The position numbers and the translations under genes are program-made. This document shows positions 21,702-32,929 of a stretch of 52,018 nt of DNA, piece by piece. The number at the start of each line of letters is the position of its first letter. Positions within the stretch are counted from its first letter, which is position 1. This DNA is from an uncultured Chromatiaceae bacterium. Its GTDB lineage: Bacteria > Pseudomonadota > Gammaproteobacteria > JAADHS01. The notes beneath the pieces were generated by a model. It searched no databases. It worked only from the letters and a program-made list of their open reading frames with translations, and had not been told where the DNA came from. The stretch spans positions 1-52,018 of the forward strand of contig CALZJI010000152.1 of NCBI GenBank assembly GCA_945787615.1, read 5' to 3'.

Positions 21702-21765
21702 TTGCGTTCGCTAGTGCTCGATCTCCCTTTTACGTTTTTAATTTTGCAGCAACGGATCAAAAAGT

Positions 21766-22335
21766 TTGAGTTTTAATAGTGAACCGGTGTGGCGTGCGTT
21801 AAAGCACGTGAGCGGAGAGAAACCACCGCCTCAATTGTTGTTTTGGCTCATGGATGCGGAGTCGTTGACGAAACGAATGCGAACTCTGTGCGGTGAGCGC
21901 TTTCGCGTGGCATTACTGCAACAGAATTGGCAGCGTCCAATGCGCAGCGAGCGCATAGCGTTGAATATGACGGAGCGCGGCGTTGGCCTAATACGACAGG
22001 TCCACCTTATGTGCGGCGACCGCCCGACCGTATTTGCGCGGACAGTTATCCCGCGAACGACGCTCCGCGGTAAACAGAGGCGCCTTGCTCAGCTCGGTAG
22101 TAAGCCGCTCGGTGAGATGCTTTTTTCCGAAAAGTCGATGCGCCGTGGGGAGGTGCAGATAGCGGCCATAACCGTTGGCCAGCGTTTGTTTAGCCAAGCG
22201 CTCGCCGACGGGGGTAAAGGCGTCACCTCTATTTGGGGTAGGCGCTCAGTGTTTTGGTTGGACAACAAGCCGCTATTAGTAAGCGAGATTTTTCTGCCGG
22301 CGTTGGATGTGGCGCTACAGAAACAGGTTACCTAA
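21766..22335 (+). CDS. ubiC: Chorismate pyruvate-lyase
   Basis: WL..ESLT, FARTVIP, LGSKPLGEMLF, WGRRSVF, LLVSEIFLP; upstream of ubiA. Confidence 0.9.
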   Translation: MSFNSEPVWRALKHVSGEKPPPQLLFWLMDAESLTKRMRTLCGERFRVALLQQNWQRPMRSERIALNMTERGVGLIRQVHLMCGDRPTVFARTVIPRTTLRGKQRRLAQLGSKPLGEMLFSEKSMRRGEVQIAAITVGQRLFSQALADGGKGVTSIWGRRSVFWLDNKPLLVSEIFLPALDVALQKQVT

Positions 22336-22528
22336 AAATTGGAATTAGCCCTTTGGAGCGTATAGCTAAGAGACTGTGAAAAGGTTGCTGTGTTTGCGAA
22401 TACCGTGTTGGTTCTCGGCTCGGAATGCTCATTAAGTACTATGAATTTTTATTATGAGCTTCGATTTTTTGTAAAAAGCGCTTTGTCTTCACGCGCTCGC
22501 AACACGCGTTCACAGGTTTAAGTCTACA

Positions 22529-23389
22529 ATGATTCAACGTATTTTTAATTATGCATTGCTGATGCGGCTGGACCGACCCATTGGTATTCTGTTGTTGCTC
22601 TGGCCAACGATGTGGGCGCTTTGGATAGCTAGCGAAGGAAACCCCAATTGGCAAGTATTTACAGTGTTTACGTTAGGGGTTATTTTGATGCGCTCGGCCG
22701 GCTGCGTCATTAACGATTACGCTGATCGCCATATCGATCCGCACGTTCGGCGAACTCGGAACCGCCCGCTGGCGGCGGGCCTGGTGTCGCCGCGCGAGGC
22801 GCTTACGCTTTTCGTATTGTTGTGTTGTGCCGCGTTTGGGCTTGTGTTGCTTATGAATCCGTTAACTATTGCCTTGTCGTTCGGTGGTGCGTTATTGGCG
22901 AGCATTTACCCATTTATGAAGCGCTATACGTATATGCCACAGGTTGTACTTGGGGCCGCTTTCGCTTGGGCAGTGCCAATGGCATTTGCGGCGCAGACAG
23001 GAACGGTGCCGACCGTATGCTGGCTCGTTTTTATTGCCACAGTACTGTGGACCGTCGCCTACGATACGATGTATGCCATGGTTGACCGAGAGGACGATCT
23101 TCGTATTGGTGTAAAATCGACGGCGATACTATTCGGTGACGCCGACAAGCTGATTATCGGTTTTCTCCAAATGGGCGTGCTGGCTATTCTGTTCCTCGTG
23201 GGGGAACAATTGGGGATGGGTGTTTACTACTATGTTGGTCTTGCGTGTGCCACGGTGTTAGCTCTTTACCAGCAGTCTTTGATCAGGGACCGAAGTCCGG
23301 GGGGGTGTTTCAAAGCATTCCTCAACAATAATTGGTTTGGCATTGTCGTTTACGCAGGAATCCTTGTCCATTATCTCATTGATTCCTGA
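22529..23389 (+). CDS. ubiA: 4-hydroxybenzoate polyprenyltransferase
   Basis: [34 protein letters not shown]. Confidence 0.97.
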   Translation: MIQRIFNYALLMRLDRPIGILLLLWPTMWALWIASEGNPNWQVFTVFTLGVILMRSAGCVINDYADRHIDPHVRRTRNRPLAAGLVSPREALTLFVLLCCAAFGLVLLMNPLTIALSFGGALLASIYPFMKRYTYMPQVVLGAAFAWAVPMAFAAQTGTVPTVCWLVFIATVLWTVAYDTMYAMVDREDDLRIGVKSTAILFGDADKLIIGFLQMGVLAILFLVGEQLGMGVYYYVGLACATVLALYQQSLIRDRSPGGCFKAFLNNNWFGIVVYAGILVHYLIDS

Positions 23390-23534
23390 ATGGGTGGGCC
23401 TACGCCTTCATCACTGCGCTCTGGTTGGCTCAGGCGCACGTAGCGTGTAATCGCCGGACTTATCAAGGCTGCGTAGTTGTTAGGTGCGGGTTGTAACTAT
23501 ATGTTAAACAGGGAAATTTCATAGGTAAGGGGTC

Positions 23535-24506
23535 ATGCTCGAGTCGGTGCTTGCTATTGTTGTCGGTTTCGCCCTGCTGGTGTGGGGTGCCGATAGGTTT
23601 GTCGCGGGTGCGTCGGGTATTGCTCGTCATCTCGGTGTTTCGCCGCTTATTATCGGTCTTACGATCGTGGGATTCGGTACCTCTGCTCCCGAAGTACTGG
23701 TTTCGGCGGTGGCCGCGTTTGAGGGTAACCGCGGTTTGGGCGTCGGAAACGCGTTGGGCTCCAATATTGCCAATGTGGCGTTGGTGGTTGGTGCGACGGC
23801 TTTGGTTATGCCATTGTTGGTACAGTCAAACGTATTACGCCGAGAATTTCCGGTCCTTCTTGTGACGATGTTTGCTGTGCTGGCACTGCTTTGGGACAAA
23901 GAGCTGAGCCGTATAGATGGTGTGCTGCTGATTTCTGGAATGATCGTAATGATTGTACTCGTTGTAAGAATCGGGCAAAAATCTCAAGTCGATGATCCGC
24001 TGGCCGCCGAGTTTAATCTCGAAATACCGCCTCCTCTGAAGATGAGTTACTCCGCTGCCTGGTTCGCGCTAGGACTGGTAACACTTTTAGTCAGTTCGCA
24101 AGCGCTTGTGTGGGGTGCGAGTAATGTTGCCCAAGCGATGGGGATCAGTGATCTCGTTATTGGTCTGACTATTGTTGCCATAGGCACAAGCCTTCCTGAA
24201 CTGGCCGCATCAATAATGGGCGCCTTGAAGAACGAACACGATATTGCCATTGGCAATATCATCGGTTCCAACATGTTTAATATTCTTGCGGTTATGGCTA
24301 TGCCAGGCCTTATCGAACCGGGTGCTATTGAACCGCAAGTTTTATCGCGAGATTATCCTTTGATGTTGGTGCTTACCCTCGCGCTCTGGGCGATGGCGCA
24401 CGGCATGCACGGTCGACCGGGTAAAGTCACTCGTACTGAGGGCGGATTCCTGTTGGCGGCATATATTAGTTATTTAGTTTGGTTGTACATGACCGAAGTC
24501 GCGTAA
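23535..24506 (+). CDS. yrbG: Calcium/sodium antiporter (YrbG)
   Basis: Two alpha repeats GTSAPE...GSNIAN and GTSLPE...GSNMFN; upstream of kdsD. Confidence 0.92.
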   Translation: MLESVLAIVVGFALLVWGADRFVAGASGIARHLGVSPLIIGLTIVGFGTSAPEVLVSAVAAFEGNRGLGVGNALGSNIANVALVVGATALVMPLLVQSNVLRREFPVLLVTMFAVLALLWDKELSRIDGVLLISGMIVMIVLVVRIGQKSQVDDPLAAEFNLEIPPPLKMSYSAAWFALGLVTLLVSSQALVWGASNVAQAMGISDLVIGLTIVAIGTSLPELAASIMGALKNEHDIAIGNIIGSNMFNILAVMAMPGLIEPGAIEPQVLSRDYPLMLVLTLALWAMAHGMHGRPGKVTRTEGGFLLAAYISYLVWLYMTEVA

Positions 24507-24663
24507 AGTAGTGCAAGGGTAGTGGTTTGTGAGCAACGTGTTTCCGCAGGTGGGACGGTTTAATGTGTTGAGCGTGTAATGTGGTGGCGGCCTCACCACT
24601 ATGGGCAAAGATCACGCGCGGGTGACCGGGTCTGGTGAGTAATATAAAAACTGAGGGAATAGA

Positions 24664-25662
24664 TTGAAACGGCTCGAAAAGACGGCAGTCAAGGATGTTC
24701 GAAAATTGCGGGAGCTGGGACTGGCCGTAATCGAAACGGAAGCAAAAGCCGTTGCCGCGCTTGCCGCGCAGGTGGACGAGAATTTCGTCAATGCGTGTCG
24801 CCATATGCTTGCGTGCTCCGGGCGTATTGTTGTGCTTGGTATGGGTAAGTCGGGGCATATCGGCGGCAAGATTGCGGCCACCCTGGCTAGTACTGGAAGC
24901 CCCGCGTTCTTTGTTCATCCAGGTGAGGCGAGCCACGGGGACTTGGGCATGATTACCAGCAAAGACGTCGTCATAGCCATATCAAACTCAGGGGAAACCG
25001 AGGAGATATTAACTATTTTACCCATCATTAAACGTCTGAATGTCCCTTTGATTGCCTTGACAGGCAGCCCATCGTCGACGCTGGCGACCAGCGCGACGGT
25101 TCACATTAATGTCGGCGTTGAGCAGGAAGCATGTCCGCTTGGCCTGGCGCCAACGTCGAGTACCACCGCAACGCTTGCCATGGGTGATGCGTTGGCGGTT
25201 GCATTGCTCGAAGCACGCGGTTTCACGGCCGATGATTTCGCGCATTCCCATCCTGGCGGGCGCTTGGGGCGACGATTACTCCTCCATATTAGCGATATTA
25301 TGCACACGGGTGAGGGGATCCCTGCCGTAGCCTACGACGCGCCGTTGAAAGAGGGGCTAGTGGAAATGAGCAAGAAGGGTCTAGGTATGACTGCAGTGGT
25401 TGATGAACAACGTCGGGTAATGGGTGTCTTTACCGACGGTGACTTACGTCGGACACTGGATCACGGCGTCGATTTTCATCGCGCAATGATCGCGGACGTT
25501 ATGACAACGAATTGTAAGACCGTCGACCATGACATTCTTGCCGCCGAAGCCTTGCAAATAATGGAGTCAAGTAAGATCAACGGGCTTTTGGTCATTGATG
25601 AGAATAACAAGCTCGTCGGTGTACTGAATATGCATGATTTGTTGCGCGCCGGGGTTGTTTAA
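24664..25662 (+). CDS. kdsD: Arabinose-5-phosphate isomerase
   Basis: SIS domain GMGKSGHIG, HPGEASHGDLG, plus a CBS pair. Confidence 0.95.
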   Translation: MKRLEKTAVKDVRKLRELGLAVIETEAKAVAALAAQVDENFVNACRHMLACSGRIVVLGMGKSGHIGGKIAATLASTGSPAFFVHPGEASHGDLGMITSKDVVIAISNSGETEEILTILPIIKRLNVPLIALTGSPSSTLATSATVHINVGVEQEACPLGLAPTSSTTATLAMGDALAVALLEARGFTADDFAHSHPGGRLGRRLLLHISDIMHTGEGIPAVAYDAPLKEGLVEMSKKGLGMTAVVDEQRRVMGVFTDGDLRRTLDHGVDFHRAMIADVMTTNCKTVDHDILAAEALQIMESSKINGLLVIDENNKLVGVLNMHDLLRAGVV

Positions 25663-25683
25663 AGCGGACGGAGAGCACTTTTT

Positions 25684-26217
25684 ATGGACGATGCTTACAC
25701 GCGCGCAGAGAAGATCAAGTTAGTCATTTTTGATGTAGACGGCGTACTTACTGACGGTCGTCTATATTACGCTCATGACGGACGGGAATTAAAAGTGTTT
25801 CATTCTCGCGACGGACACGGCATGAAGATGTTGCGCCAAAGCGGGGTCGAGATCGCGATCATTAGTGCACGCGTCTCGCAAGCCGTGGCCCACCGGATGG
25901 CGAATCTTGGTATTGTCCACGTTTACCAGGGTCAGTTGGAAAAATTACCGGCTTTTGAGGCGTTGTTGGAGAAACTGGCGCTGGATTCGAGCCAAGTCGC
26001 GTACGTCGGTGACGACGTTGTGGACTTGCCCGTGATGATGCGGGTGGGTTTTGCTATTGCGGTGGCGGATGCCCACGAGGCGGTTGTTGCCCGTTCTCAT
26101 TGGCAAACCCCTAGTGTCGGAGGACATGGCGCTGCCCGAGAAGTTTGTGAAATGATAATGAAAGCGCAAGGTACCTATCAAAACCTCTTGCAGCAGTACC
26201 TTCACGTTGATACATAG
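25684..26217 (+). CDS. kdsC: KDO-8-phosphate phosphatase
   Basis: FDVDGVLTDG, YVGDDVVD, GGHGAARE. Confidence 0.95.
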   Translation: MDDAYTRAEKIKLVIFDVDGVLTDGRLYYAHDGRELKVFHSRDGHGMKMLRQSGVEIAIISARVSQAVAHRMANLGIVHVYQGQLEKLPAFEALLEKLALDSSQVAYVGDDVVDLPVMMRVGFAIAVADAHEAVVARSHWQTPSVGGHGAAREVCEMIMKAQGTYQNLLQQYLHVDT

Positions 26218-26235
26218 TGAGGTTTCGGCGGTTGC

Positions 26236-26820
26236 ATGGTAATAATAGGGCGTAATCTAGCGCAAGAAAGCGTGAAGATAGTGGCGCTTCTGACGCTTGT
26301 AGGAATCTCTTGGTGGTTACTGGATCAAAATCGCTCTGCGCCGTCGGAGGGCGTGAGCGACGACGCACAAGAGCCGGATGCATTCATACGCGATTTTGTG
26401 GCGACTACGACAGATAATGCGGGCAGACCTCAGTATCGGCTCGAGGCGCAGAGCATGGTCCACTATCCTCACAACGACACCTCCGAAATGGAGAAACCCT
26501 ATCTCACGTTGTACAGGGAGGATGAACTTCCCTGGTATGTCCGAGCCGAGCGCGGCCTGATAGCTCCTCAAGGCGAAACTGTATTTCTGTTGGGAAAGGT
26601 TTACATGGAGCATGAAGACGGAAGGGGGCGCCAGCTGCAAGTGCATACCCATGATTTAGAAATTTATCCGGATGACCAATACGCTGAAACGGATCAAAAA
26701 GTGACTATCTTGCATGACCTGGGTACGACCCACGGTATTGGGCTCGAAGCTTTCCTTCGAGAGGGTCGGTTATCACTGCTTACCAATGTAAAAGGAGAAT
26801 ATGATCCAACACCTAAGTAG
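26236..26820 (+). CDS. lptC: LPS export protein LptC
   Basis: N-terminal TM plus beta-jellyroll-like region; kdsC-lptC-lptA-lptB synteny. Confidence 0.88.
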   Translation: MVIIGRNLAQESVKIVALLTLVGISWWLLDQNRSAPSEGVSDDAQEPDAFIRDFVATTTDNAGRPQYRLEAQSMVHYPHNDTSEMEKPYLTLYREDELPWYVRAERGLIAPQGETVFLLGKVYMEHEDGRGRQLQVHTHDLEIYPDDQYAETDQKVTILHDLGTTHGIGLEAFLREGRLSLLTNVKGEYDPTPK

Positions 26821-27358
26821 CCTATGGCGCTGGACAATAATCTTAACGATAGTGTTTTCCGGTAAGGCGATCGCGCTGTCCAGTGACCGAGAACAGCCTG
26901 TAAAAATCGAGGCAGACCGGCTCGACGTGGATGACGTCCAAGGAATCAGTACCTATCGCGGCAACGTTATCGTTACTCAAGGCTCGTTAACCCTGAAAGC
27001 TGATGTAATTGTCATCCGTACCACCAAGCGGCGGGCCTTAAACCGTATTGAAGCGAGCGGAAATCCAGCGCTGTTTAGTCAATTAATGGACGAAACAGGT
27101 GCGCAACTGCGTGGCCAAGCCCAGCGAATCGAATATGATGTTAGCGACGAGTATGTCTTGTTTAACGGATTGGCCCATTTCTGGCATTGCGGCGACGAAT
27201 TCTCAGGGAATCGCGTTGAGTATTTCGCTAAACAAGAACTGGTTAAGGCGAGTAAAGCAACCAGTGGTGAAGAGCGGGTCCACGTGGTTCTGCAGCCACG
27301 CCCCGAAAACAGTGACCAAGGGGAGCGGCCGTGTGATACGACGCAGGACCCGCCGTGA
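26801..27358 (+). CDS. lptA: LPS transport periplasmic protein LptA
   Basis: Signal peptide, [26 protein letters not shown]. Confidence 0.92.
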   Translation: MIQHLSSLWRWTIILTIVFSGKAIALSSDREQPVKIEADRLDVDDVQGISTYRGNVIVTQGSLTLKADVIVIRTTKRRALNRIEASGNPALFSQLMDETGAQLRGQAQRIEYDVSDEYVLFNGLAHFWHCGDEFSGNRVEYFAKQELVKASKATSGEERVHVVLQPRPENSDQGERPCDTTQDPP

Positions 27359-28080
27359 GCGTACTTGCAGTGAAGCATCTTGCTAAGCGTTATCGGTCAC
27401 GGGCCGTTGTGAATGATGTCTCCCTTGACGTTAACAGTGGCGAGATCGTGGGTTTGCTGGGGCCTAACGGTGCCGGCAAAACGACCTGTTTTTACATGAT
27501 CGTCGGTCTAATAACGTGCGATGAGGGCGCCATCATTCTCGATGGCCATGATATTAAAGATTATCCCATGCACGCGCGCGCGCGGATGGGCGTGGGTTAT
27601 TTACCTCAGGAGCCGTCAGTATTTCGAAAACTAACGGTTGCGGAGAATATCATGGCTATTTTAGAAGCTGTTCCAGGGCTCAATAGAGATCAACGGCATA
27701 CACGCCTTGAAGAATTGCTCCAAGAACTCCATATTACACATATACGCGATAGTTTAGGTATGAGCTTGTCGGGCGGCGAGCGACGCAGAGTGGAGATTTC
27801 TCGCGCGTTGGCGACCCGGCCGCGTTTTCTGTTGCTGGATGAGCCTTTCGCCGGAGTCGATCCAATTTCCGTTCTCGATATACAAGGCATAGTAAAACAA
27901 CTGCGTAATAGTGGGATAGGCGTGCTTATTACTGATCATAATGTGAGGGAAACCTTGGGGATCTGCGAAAGAGCCTACATCGTCAGTGAGGGTGGAGTGA
28001 TCGCCGACGGTGCGCCCGAGCATATTCTCAGTAATCATAAGGTTAGGGAAGTGTATCTCGGAGAAAATTTCCGTTTGTGA
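27355..28080 (+). CDS. lptB: LPS export ABC ATPase LptB
   Basis: [36 protein letters not shown]. Confidence 0.97.
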   Translation: MSVLAVKHLAKRYRSRAVVNDVSLDVNSGEIVGLLGPNGAGKTTCFYMIVGLITCDEGAIILDGHDIKDYPMHARARMGVGYLPQEPSVFRKLTVAENIMAILEAVPGLNRDQRHTRLEELLQELHITHIRDSLGMSLSGGERRRVEISRALATRPRFLLLDEPFAGVDPISVLDIQGIVKQLRNSGIGVLITDHNVRETLGICERAYIVSEGGVIADGAPEHILSNHKVREVYLGENFRL

Positions 28081-28121
28081 GAGGCTGGCCCGCATTGCTC
28101 GCAGGGACGTGTGAAAATCGC

Positions 28122-28159
28122 GAAGACCCTGTGAGAGATGGAAGATCCCGTGAGAGATG
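28122..28159. repeat. 19-bp tandem duplication
   Basis: GAAGACCCTGTGAGAGATG / GAAGATCCCGTGAGAGATG (17/19 identical). Confidence 0.75.
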
Positions 28160-28698
28160 TGGGCTAGGATGGCGCCACCTTATTGTCGGTCAACTGTGCA
28201 GGTTGCTTAGGGGCTGAAGGGTGTCGCGCTTTGTCCGAAAACAATAAATAGAGTCGACGATAAAGTCTAACCGTCTCTTCGGTGGAGTGCTATGGTGTAG
28301 ACGCTGATTTGCAAAGGCGAATACGGTAAAATGGCATTTAAGGTGTATGATTTATGTCTGGGTAGGTTAAATGTGACCCAGTACGGCGATACAGTCATAA
28401 CATTTTGTTTTTGATCGCAAAAGTACTTTGCCGACGAAAGCAGAGGAGGATTCATAAGATCTGCGTCGCTAGGATCACGCCGACTTTAAAAATAGATGTT
28501 ACTGGTCAGCACAACGTAGAAATAACGTAAAAAATATTGAGCAAATATTTCAGATTACCTCTTTTTGGTTTCAGAGCAAGGATAAATACCGATGCATGGG
28601 CAGTTCCGACGCCGTGCTCGATCCCGAGAGAGGTGAACTGAATAGTCGCAAGAAATTTAGCGAGTTTTTAGTGCGTATGCGAGGCAAACAGAAATAGC

Positions 28699-30216
28699 AT
28701 GAAACAATCCCTCCAGCTGCGGCTCGGGCAGCAGCTAACAATGACTCCCCAGTTGCAACAAGCGATTCGCTTGCTGCAGCTCTCAACATTGGATCTACAA
28801 GCCGAGGTACAAGAGATACTCGAGGCAAATCCGATGCTCGAGCTTACAGAAGGTGAAGAGGGTGAGGCCTCCACGCAAAGTGATGAGTGGGAAACGGGCG
28901 ACCGTTCGGAGTCTGTTGAAAATCAAGCGCTCCAGTCTGATACCACGCAATCATCCGAGCCCACACCCGAACCGGAAAGTCGCAATGACCGTGAGTCAGC
29001 CCTCTCTGAGATTCCTGATGACCTGCCCGTAGACAGTAATTGGGACGATATTTACGATGTTCCTACGACCTCGGCGAGTTATTCCGACCAGGATAATGCG
29101 CCGTACGAAGGGCAAAGTAGTAGTACCTCTGAGACATTGCAAGACCATTTAGTGTGGCAAATGCGGCTTAATCGATTTAGCGAAACCGACGAGTTGATTG
29201 CCGAGGCCATCATCGACGCCATAAGCGAAGACGGTTATTTGTCATCGAGCCTGGAAAGTCTTTGGGAAAGCCTTAAAGACGAACTGGATATCGAATTCGA
29301 CGAAGTGGAGGTCGTCTTGCATCGGATCCAATCGTTTGATCCAATCGGGGTTGGCGCCCGCGATCTGCGCGAATGCCTATTGCTTCAGTTGCAGCGATAC
29401 GTCAACGCCAGTCCCGCCATGGCAAGAGCCAAGAAATTGGTTTCGGAATATTTAGACGTGTTGGGAAATCGCGACTATACACAACTGATGCGCCGGCTAC
29501 AATTGAGTAAGGAAGAGCTCCAGGAAGTGATCGTATTGATACAGTCTCTTAATCCGCGGCCTGGAACTTTAGTGGCGTCGTCGCATGCCGAATATATTGT
29601 TCCCGACGTGATCGTTAAGAAAAATAAGGGCGTGTGGCGTGTTGAGTTGAATTCGGACGCGGTGCCTAGGTTGAGGATTAACTCAGGGTACGCGGGCTTG
29701 GTAAAGAGAGCCGATAATAGCGCCGACAATACTTTCTTAAAGAATAACTTACAGGAAGCTCGTTGGTTTATAAAAAGCTTACAAAGCCGCAATGAAACAT
29801 TGCTTAAAGTGGCGACATGTATCGTCGAGCGCCAGCAGGGCTTTCTCGAGCACGGTGAAGAAGCCATGAAGGCATTGGTTCTGCACGACGTCGCTGAAAC
29901 GGTTGATATGCACGAATCCACAATCTCGCGTGTAACAAATCAGAAATATATGCATACACCGAGAGGTATTTTTGAGCTTAAGTACTTTTTTTCCAGTCAC
30001 GTTTCTACGGCGAGTGGGGGGGCATGTTCTGCGACCGCAATACGCGCCCTTATCAAAAAACTTATTGCAGCCGAAAACGCGCAGAAGCCGCTGAGTGACA
30101 GTAAGATCGCCAACGTCTTGTCTGACCAAGGCATTAACGTGGCGCGGCGCACCGTGGCGAAATATCGGGAGGCGATGTCTATTCCACCGTCAAACGAACG
30201 TAAACGGTTAGCTTAG
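28699..30216 (+). CDS. rpoN: RNA polymerase sigma-54
   Basis: [25 protein letters not shown], RpoN box [10 protein letters not shown]. Confidence 0.98.
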   Translation: MKQSLQLRLGQQLTMTPQLQQAIRLLQLSTLDLQAEVQEILEANPMLELTEGEEGEASTQSDEWETGDRSESVENQALQSDTTQSSEPTPEPESRNDRESALSEIPDDLPVDSNWDDIYDVPTTSASYSDQDNAPYEGQSSSTSETLQDHLVWQMRLNRFSETDELIAEAIIDAISEDGYLSSSLESLWESLKDELDIEFDEVEVVLHRIQSFDPIGVGARDLRECLLLQLQRYVNASPAMARAKKLVSEYLDVLGNRDYTQLMRRLQLSKEELQEVIVLIQSLNPRPGTLVASSHAEYIVPDVIVKKNKGVWRVELNSDAVPRLRINSGYAGLVKRADNSADNTFLKNNLQEARWFIKSLQSRNETLLKVATCIVERQQGFLEHGEEAMKALVLHDVAETVDMHESTISRVTNQKYMHTPRGIFELKYFFSSHVSTASGGACSATAIRALIKKLIAAENAQKPLSDSKIANVLSDQGINVARRTVAKYREAMSIPPSNERKRLA

Positions 30217-30243
30217 TAGTAAAAACAACCGGAGGACAAATAC

Positions 30244-30558
30244 ATGCAGATACAGCTCACGGGACATCATGTTGATGTCACACCTTCTTTGCGCGATTAC
30301 GTCAACAATAAGTTTGAGAAACTTGAGCGACATTACGAGCATGTAAATGATGTACATGTTGTGCTGACGGTCGAAAAATTGACACAAAAAGCCGAAGCAA
30401 CGATTCAAATTAGTCGTGGAAACGTCTTCGCGGACGCGCAAGCTGAGGATATGTATGCCGCGATTGATGCATTGGTGGATAAGCTGGATCGCCAGATAAA
30501 GAAGCACAAGGAGAAAAACGCTGATTATCGTAGTAAGGTCGTACCACAACAAGTCTAA
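30244..30558 (+). CDS. hpf: Ribosome hibernation promoting factor
   Basis: MQIQLTGHHVDVT...DMYAAID...KLDRQIKKHKEK; follows rpoN. Confidence 0.95.
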   Translation: MQIQLTGHHVDVTPSLRDYVNNKFEKLERHYEHVNDVHVVLTVEKLTQKAEATIQISRGNVFADAQAEDMYAAIDALVDKLDRQIKKHKEKNADYRSKVVPQQV

Positions 30559-30564
30559 CTAAGG

Positions 30565-30605
30565 GCGGGTACGCTCGGCGCAGTTCTAGTGAGGAGCGTA
30601 CCCGC
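30565..30605. other. Intercistronic hairpin with perfect 12-bp stem
   Basis: GCGGGTACGCTC-N17-GAGCGTACCCGC between hpf and ptsN; no U-tract. Confidence 0.6.
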
Positions 30606-30617
30606 GAGACCATAAAA

Positions 30618-31106
30618 ATGAATATCGCAGATTTGCTATCTATACAACGAGTCGTTTGTGGTGCACAGGTCGCGAGTAAAAAGCGTGCGATAGAATTATT
30701 GAGTCAACTGCTTGCGAGTTCGAACGAGTCGCTTATTCAGGTGGAAGTTTTTGAGAGTTTGCTTTGCAGAGAGCGATTGGGTAGCACCGGACTAGGGCAC
30801 GGGGTCGCGATACCACACGGGCGTATGGCTGGCCTAACGGAGGCAGTGGCAGCCTTTGTGCAGCTTGGTGAGGGGGTCGATTATGATTCAATTGATCAAC
30901 AGCCTGTGGATTTGCTGTACGCATTATTAGTACCCCAAGAAGCGACCGACGCGCATTTACAAATTTTAGCTTCGTTGGCTGAGATATTTAAGGATCCGGA
31001 CCTTCGGGAGCGCTTAAGACAAGCTGAAACTGCGGAAGAGCTGCACGCTTTACTGACTCGTTCTTCTATCGAAGAGACGTCCCATGCGGAGTCTCCTCTT
31101 ATATAA
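30618..31106 (+). CDS. ptsN: PTS EIIA-Ntr
   Basis: RERLGSTGLGHGVAIPHGR. Confidence 0.93.
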   Translation: MNIADLLSIQRVVCGAQVASKKRAIELLSQLLASSNESLIQVEVFESLLCRERLGSTGLGHGVAIPHGRMAGLTEAVAAFVQLGEGVDYDSIDQQPVDLLYALLVPQEATDAHLQILASLAEIFKDPDLRERLRQAETAEELHALLTRSSIEETSHAESPLI

Positions 31107-31112
31107 ATATCC

Positions 31113-32075
31113 ATGCGAGAGCCGTTAACCGCCAAAGCGTTGTACGATTCGCTCCAGGAAAAGCTACAACTCAACTGGCGTTCGGGGGACATTGATGCGG
31201 ATCGCAATTTGCTTTTGGCGGCGCCGAGAGGAAAGGACGTTAGTTCCGGTTCTGTAACGCTGGTTGGTTATTTAAATTTTATTCGACCTCATCAGATTCA
31301 AGTTCTTGGGCAGCAGGAACTGACGTTCTTGGCCCAGCTAGGCAAGAACTCACGTCAGGATTCTCTCGACCAATTATTCGCAAACGGCCCGATATGCATC
31401 ATAGTCGGTGATGATCAAGTCGCACCGGAGGTTCTCGTATTCGAGGCAGACCGTAACAACACTCCACTGTTTACTTCGCGCTTAGGGGCCGACGAAGTGG
31501 TGGAATATTTGCGACATTATTTTTCCAGTCGCAGTGCGCAGCGCGCAACACTGCACGGTGTTTTTATGGAAGTAATGGGTATTGGTGTCTTGATGGCTGG
31601 GCCAACGGGAGTGGGAAAGAGCGAACTGGCGCTTGAATTGATCACACGTGGTCACCGGCTAATTGCAGATGATGCGCCCGAATTCTATCGAGCCTCGCCT
31701 GAGAATATAATGGGCAAGTGCCCGAAGCCGTTAAAGGATTTCCTGGAAGTTCGCGGGCTGGGTATTTTAGATATTAGGGCGATGTTTGGCGATAATGCGT
31801 TAAAGCACGAGGAAAGGTTACGCCTGATTGTGCAACTGAAGCGTTTTCCGGAGCGAGAGGTTGTTAATATGGATCGGCTGAAAGCCAATATGCAGATTCG
31901 CCAAATACTGGGAACCGAAATCCCGGAGATAACGTTACCGGTTATCATGGGGAGCAATTTGGCAGTGCTGGTTGAAGGCGCTGTACGTAATCATTTGTTA
32001 TTCATGAAGGGGTATAGCGCGACCGAAAAATTTATTACCCAGCAACGACGTTTTATGGCGCAAGATGATAAATGA
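31113..32075 (+). CDS. hprK: HPr kinase/phosphorylase
   Basis: LHGVF, GPTGVGKSELALEL, LIADD, LEVRGLGI. Confidence 0.95.
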   Translation: MREPLTAKALYDSLQEKLQLNWRSGDIDADRNLLLAAPRGKDVSSGSVTLVGYLNFIRPHQIQVLGQQELTFLAQLGKNSRQDSLDQLFANGPICIIVGDDQVAPEVLVFEADRNNTPLFTSRLGADEVVEYLRHYFSSRSAQRATLHGVFMEVMGIGVLMAGPTGVGKSELALELITRGHRLIADDAPEFYRASPENIMGKCPKPLKDFLEVRGLGILDIRAMFGDNALKHEERLRLIVQLKRFPEREVVNMDRLKANMQIRQILGTEIPEITLPVIMGSNLAVLVEGAVRNHLLFMKGYSATEKFITQQRRFMAQDDK

Positions 32076-32929
32076 AACTGATTATTGTTAGCGGAACGTC
32101 CGGTGCCGGTAAGAGTATCGCTCTACAGGCGTTAGAGGATCTAGGTTTTTATTGTATCGATAATTTACCGATTGGGATGTTGCCCGTATTCGCAACGCAG
32201 ATTGTGAGCCCATCCCAACGAGGCTATGACGACGCCGCCGTGGGGATTGATGCGCGCAATCTAAAGGGCGACTTTAGTCAATTTCAAAATATGTTGGACG
32301 GAATCCGCCGTGCGGGATTGGCCTGCGAGATCTTTTTTTTGGATGCGGATACCTCAACCTTATTGAAACGGTACAGTGAAACGCGACGTCGCCATCCGTT
32401 GACAAACTCGAATGTGCCGCTTTATGAAGCGATCAAGGCGGAAAGAGGGTTATTAAAGCCGATGGCTGAGTGCGCAGACTGGCATATTGATACAAGCCGT
32501 ACGACGATTCACCAGCTGCGCGAGATTATACGAGAGCGGGTTAAAGACAAAATATCTCAATCACTGTCACTATTGTTCCTGTCCTTTGGTTACAAGCACG
32601 GATTGCCTAGCGATGCGGATTTCGTCTTCGATCTAAGGTGCTTACCTAATCCCCACTGGGACCCGTTTCTGCGTCCAAAAACTGGACGAGACGATGAAGT
32701 TGTTGAGTTTTTACAGTCGCAATCGTCGGTCGAGAAAATGTTGGGTGGTATTGTCGGCTTTCTGAATGACTGGGTGCCATATTTTGAAGCCGAAAATCGC
32801 AGTTACTTAACGGTCGCTGTTGGATGTACGGGGGGGCAGCATCGTTCTGTATACATGGTGGAGGCGTTGGCGGCGCGGTTGAGGCCAACGTATCCTAACG
32901 TGTTGGTTCGCCATAGGGAACTGTCGTGA
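32072..32929 (+). CDS. rapZ: RNase adapter RapZ (P-loop protein)
   Basis: SGTSGAGKS, FYCIDNLP, SFGYKHG, GCTGGQHRSV. Confidence 0.95.
   Translation: MKLIIVSGTSGAGKSIALQALEDLGFYCIDNLPIGMLPVFATQIVSPSQRGYDDAAVGIDARNLKGDFSQFQNMLDGIRRAGLACEIFFLDADTSTLLKRYSETRRRHPLTNSNVPLYEAIKAERGLLKPMAECADWHIDTSRTTIHQLREIIRERVKDKISQSLSLLFLSFGYKHGLPSDADFVFDLRCLPNPHWDPFLRPKTGRDDEVVEFLQSQSSVEKMLGGIVGFLNDWVPYFEAENRSYLTVAVGCTGGQHRSVYMVEALAARLRPTYPNVLVRHRELS

Noticed and set aside
28087-28100. 14-mer GGCCCGCATTGCTC also present at 51687
   Set aside because: A few 14-bp matches are expected by chance in 52 kb and the flanks do not extend.
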